From positions 1,280,001 through 1,344,000 of the forward strand of contig OZ244960.1 in assembly GCA_965222605.1 (NCBI GenBank): a DNA stretch of 64,000 nucleotides, read 5' to 3'. Positions within the stretch are counted from its first letter, which is position 1. Each line of letters begins with the position of its first letter. Below are positions 60,761-64,000 of this stretch, in pieces. A model generated the notes under the pieces. It was given only the letters and a program-made list of their open reading frames with translations. It searched no databases and was not told the origin of the DNA. Source of the stretch: Candidatus Latescibacterota bacterium. GTDB lineage: Bacteria > Latescibacterota > UBA2968. The position numbers were made by a program, and so were the translations under genes.

Positions 60761-63217
60761 ATGACAACATTTTTGAATGAAAACCAAACAGTAGCCTCTG
60801 CTGTGGGAGTCACATCCTATTTCCAGACGCGAGATACCACACACATAAACTTCTATAAGTTAATAAAAAACAAAGTATTACCCCCCCCCCCCCGCATTTC
60901 TCACACCTGGTATATCAGTTTACTGAGCCTTCTGCTCTTGCTATTTCCCCTATCCACACAGACCAGTAGCTTTTCCCTGTCTCTGGACTTAGATAATTCC
61001 GAAGGCGATCAGGCAGTCTCCTCTCTCGATGTCTTTCCCAATCGCGTTGTTCCCATTCAAATCTTCGGCACAGATATAGGGACTGCAAGCGATATCTCCC
61101 TGCGCTTTGAATTCGATCCCTCTCAGGTTGCTTACGAAGGATTCAAGCGGGCAAATATCGTATCGGGCACCTCTGCGCTTACGGGTAAGGATTTTGCAAA
61201 TATCGGGATAACCCTATCGGCAGGTAATGCATATAGTGGTCTTATAGGCACGATTCACTTTCGCACGAGCGAGGCGTTTTCTGGCACAGACATACGTCTA
61301 ATGCGTGCCAAACTTGTGCGAGGAGGACAGACCGAGACCGTATCGATGGACCTGAGCATTACCTTGCGGCTTGCGAAACCGCCTTCTCCGGACTTTAATG
61401 GCAATGGGATTGTAGATATCCCCGACTTTTTGCTCTTTGTTGATGTATTTGGTTCCCGAAGAGGTCAAGAGAGTTATGAGGCAAAATACGACCTTGATGT
61501 GGATGGCGAGATAGGGATCCCCGATTTTCTGATCTTTATCGATAGCTTCGGCAAAGTGGTCAACCGCGCACCGGTCTTCACGTCAGAGCCTCCTGTGATG
61601 CTCTCCGTAGATGAGAACACGCCATCGGGACAGACGATAGGTGATCCTATCTTAGCAACCGATGGCGATGGCCATACGCTTACCTATCGCCTCAGCGGTG
61701 CCGATGCAGACAGTTTTGCCATAGACGAGAGCACAGGACACATTCAGACGAAAGGGACGTACAACTTTGAGCAGCAGGACAGCTATTCCGTCACTGTCCA
61801 TGTTAGTGATGGCGAAGGTGGCGAAGCCAGTCTTGCTGTGAGCATCACTATCAACGACATCGATGAACCTCCAGGACAGCCTGCCCCACCGAGTGTCTCG
61901 GCGATCGCGCCCACAACCCTGACGGTAATCTGGACAGAACCTTCCAACACCGGTCCTGAGATCACCGACTACGATGTGCAATATCGACAAGTCGACAGTG
62001 ATGAGTTCATCGATGCGAATTATGACGGCACAGAACGGACGGTGCGTCTGACGGAACTGTTTTCAAGCACGCGCTATGCGATACAGGTGCGGGCGCACAA
62101 TGAAGAAGGCGCGAGTGAATGGTCTGAGTCGAGTGAGTGGAGCACCTCTGCGCTGTCGCTACCACCAGGAGGCGGCGGTACACCACCGCCACCACCGCCA
62201 CCACCGCCACCACCGCCACCACGACCACCACCACGACCTCAACCACCACCGCAACCACCACCGCCAATCGCCAGCATTTGTGATCGTGTGCCGCCGATAC
62301 GCGACGCAATCGTGAACGCGATTCCCGACGTGGATGCTTGCAGAGACGTGACGGAAAGCCACCTGGCCGAGATTGCTTCTCTGGACGTGAGACACAAGGA
62401 TATAAGGGGACTGGACGCCAGCGACTTTTCCGGTCTGACGGGCATGGAAGATCTCGTGTTGGAGCATGTCGATATAAGGGTGTTGCCCAATGGCGTTTTT
62501 TCCGGCCTGATCTCCTTAAAAAAGATCAAGATATACGACGGCCGTCTGAGCGAATTGAACGCCGATATCTTTTCCGGCCTGCCCGCGCTCGAAAGCCTCG
62601 ACTTGCGTGCCAACTATCTGACCACCTTACCCGCAGGCGTATTTTCCAGGCTGCCGAGCTTGAAGTCGATCTTCCTGTGGGGCAACAGATTGAGCTCCCT
62701 GGATGCTGGTACTTTTTTGGGTCTGCCGGTGCTGCAAAACCTCTCCCTGGCCGGCAACCAATTCAGCACCTTGCCGAAGAATGTGTTTTCCAATCTGCCG
62801 GCACTGGAAAAGCTCTACTTGTCTTACAATCAATTCAGCACCTTGCCAGAGAACATATTTTCCGGGCTGGAAGCCCTGAAATGGCTTGATCTGGAAGGCA
62901 ATCCCGGCACGCCCTTGCCCATTACGGTGTCGCTGGAACAGGTTGGAGCGGGCCAATTCAAGGCTAAAGCGCACGCCGGCGCGCCCTTTGATATCGCGTT
63001 GCCGATCAGTATCGCCAACGGCACCATTGACGGTGGGACAAGCAGCATCACGATCCATCAAGGTCAGGCCGAAAGCGATGTCATCAGGGTATCTCGCTCC
63101 CCCGGCACCACCGCTGTCGTCACCGTTGATATCGAACAGTTGCCTGCACTGCCACTGTTACATCAAGGCTATACTCTCGTCAAGTCTGCTGACTTGCCCC
63201 TGGTCGTTTTGGAATGA
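60761..63217 (+). CDS. Gene E: shared N-terminal cassette joined directly to an LRR block
   Basis: Cohesin-like, dockerin-like, cadherin, FN3 and poly-Pro, then SICDR...LRRs. Atypical N-terminus with a C13 tract. Confidence 0.82.
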   Translation: MTTFLNENQTVASAVGVTSYFQTRDTTHINFYKLIKNKVLPPPPRISHTWYISLLSLLLLLFPLSTQTSSFSLSLDLDNSEGDQAVSSLDVFPNRVVPIQIFGTDIGTASDISLRFEFDPSQVAYEGFKRANIVSGTSALTGKDFANIGITLSAGNAYSGLIGTIHFRTSEAFSGTDIRLMRAKLVRGGQTETVSMDLSITLRLAKPPSPDFNGNGIVDIPDFLLFVDVFGSRRGQESYEAKYDLDVDGEIGIPDFLIFIDSFGKVVNRAPVFTSEPPVMLSVDENTPSGQTIGDPILATDGDGHTLTYRLSGADADSFAIDESTGHIQTKGTYNFEQQDSYSVTVHVSDGEGGEASLAVSITINDIDEPPGQPAPPSVSAIAPTTLTVIWTEPSNTGPEITDYDVQYRQVDSDEFIDANYDGTERTVRLTELFSSTRYAIQVRAHNEEGASEWSESSEWSTSALSLPPGGGGTPPPPPPPPPPPPPRPPPRPQPPPQPPPPIASICDRVPPIRDAIVNAIPDVDACRDVTESHLAEIASLDVRHKDIRGLDASDFSGLTGMEDLVLEHVDIRVLPNGVFSGLISLKKIKIYDGRLSELNADIFSGLPALESLDLRANYLTTLPAGVFSRLPSLKSIFLWGNRLSSLDAGTFLGLPVLQNLSLAGNQFSTLPKNVFSNLPALEKLYLSYNQFSTLPENIFSGLEALKWLDLEGNPGTPLPITVSLEQVGAGQFKAKAHAGAPFDIALPISIANGTIDGGTSSITIHQGQAESDVIRVSRSPGTTAVVTVDIEQLPALPLLHQGYTLVKSADLPLVVLE
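60881..60893 (+). repeat. Poly-C13 homopolymer in the 5' coding region of gene E
   Basis: 13 consecutive C. Confidence 0.9.
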
Positions 63218-63367
63218 ACCGCGAGGTAAACGAACCAGCAAGGCCGCTTACATCTCACCGGGATGAGAGTCTCTATGGTCTTATTCCATAACGCCTCCTC
63301 TGCAAAGCCCAATAATACAACTTTAATTTCTCCAACCCCCAAGAGGTATTCATGTCCAACAAACCAA

Positions 63368-63420
63368 ACTGGAGTTACCCCGCTTTAGTGTATGGTACAG
63401 AAGGTTCCACCGAAGCATCT
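63368..63420 (+). repeat. 53-bp direct repeat, right copy flanking the giant-protein array
   Basis: 50/53 identical to 33405-33457, same orientation. Confidence 0.9.
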
Positions 63421-63701
63421 TATGTCAACTGTTATACACCAAAACGAGTCAAGACCGGTCTAACCTCACCATACACCCCGCCGCGAACAATCAAGGGACA
63501 ATTCTTTCACCATGCCGCTCAAATGCATTGCGGGTCACCTTGTCGAAGCCGAAATGGTCGAAGTACCGGACGCTTTCCCTGGCGTCATGGAATCGACAAT
63601 CCTCAAAATACGGGTAATCGGCGAACGATGAACCACCGAGAAACGATGATATCTTACCCGTGGGCTATTCAGAACTACAAATACCCAAAGCTACCTAATA
63701 G

Positions 63702-63736
63702 AAAACGCCTGAGCTATAACACTCAGGCGTTTTTTT
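63702..63736. terminator. Bidirectional intrinsic terminator
   Basis: AAAACGCCTGAG-loop-CTCAGGCGTTTTTTT. Confidence 0.8.
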
Positions 63737-64000
63737 AATTTGTGATGGCAATGCCGTGTTTGCGGCAGAGTTTGCGAAGTTTTTTCACAGCACCACCCAC
63801 GGATTTTCCGTTTCGCGTAATGCCGAACAAATGCTGGCTGACCACCCTGCGCGAAATACCCATAATTTCTGAGATTTCTCGCTGGGTCTTGCCGTATTTG
63901 AAATACAATACAGCAGCTTCAAATTGTTTTTGCGTAAGCGATCGATTTAAGAGGGTATTGATCTGTGGGATGAGACGCCCAATCCGGTCTTCATGTTTAT
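63735..64000 (-). CDS. Sigma-70 region-4-type HTH protein, partial (C-terminus only)
   Basis: Manual translation: ...SLTQKQFEAAVLYFKYGKTQREISEIMGISRRVVSQHLFG...GGAVKKLRKLC...N*. Confidence 0.7.
   Translation of the reverse strand, partial: KHEDRIGRLIPQINTLLNRSLTQKQFEAAVLYFKYGKTQREISEIMGISRRVVSQHLFGITRNGKSVGGAVKKLRKLCRKHGIAITN

Noticed and set aside
33591-63217. Diversity-generating retroelement as the source of variation
   Set aside because: No reverse transcriptase in the window and no template/variable repeat pair with adenine-specific differences seen.
63512-63631. 39-aa ORF MPLKCIAGH... as a remnant of another protease tail
   Set aside because: Resemblance to VPISCAIITH is too weak to support by eye.

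Overview
Bacterial genomic window with two halves. The left ~33 kb is mostly housekeeping DNA of moderate GC. It holds a partial secreted beta-helix (pectate-lyase-3/DUF4955-like) gene, a soluble propeller/Y_Y_Y-sigma54 activator, a class III aminotransferase and a GT2. It also holds a STAS-wHTH/nurA/hicBA/HAS-barrel/herA operon with a 24-bp operator, queE, thrS-infC-rpmI-rplT, zapB-like/zapA/rny/ymdB/xseAB/nadK/recN, and futalosine-pathway mqnE/mqnC/mqnA split by two Uma2 genes. An unannotated antisense small RNA/peptide unit and a TonB-dependent receptor close this half. The right ~30 kb (33.4-63.4 kb) is a tandem array of secreted modular proteins bracketed by a 53-bp direct repeat. Four large genes (A 33591, B 42667, C 51493, E 60761) share a mosaic N-terminal cassette: signal peptide, cohesin-like domain, dockerin-like EF-hand pair, cadherin, FN3 and a poly-Pro hinge. 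They then carry interchangeable stalks and cargo (LRR blocks, leishmanolysin/M8-like metalloprotease, two PQQ sugar-dehydrogenase domains). A small gene (D) has only the dockerin. Signs of gene conversion, module insertion/deletion, LRR repeat expansion and a C13 tract suggest an actively diversifying cohesin-dockerin surface-display system. The domain repertoire resembles that of animal (e.g. sponge) symbionts, which is inference only. All assignments are by eye, and repeat-rich junctions could include assembly artefacts.
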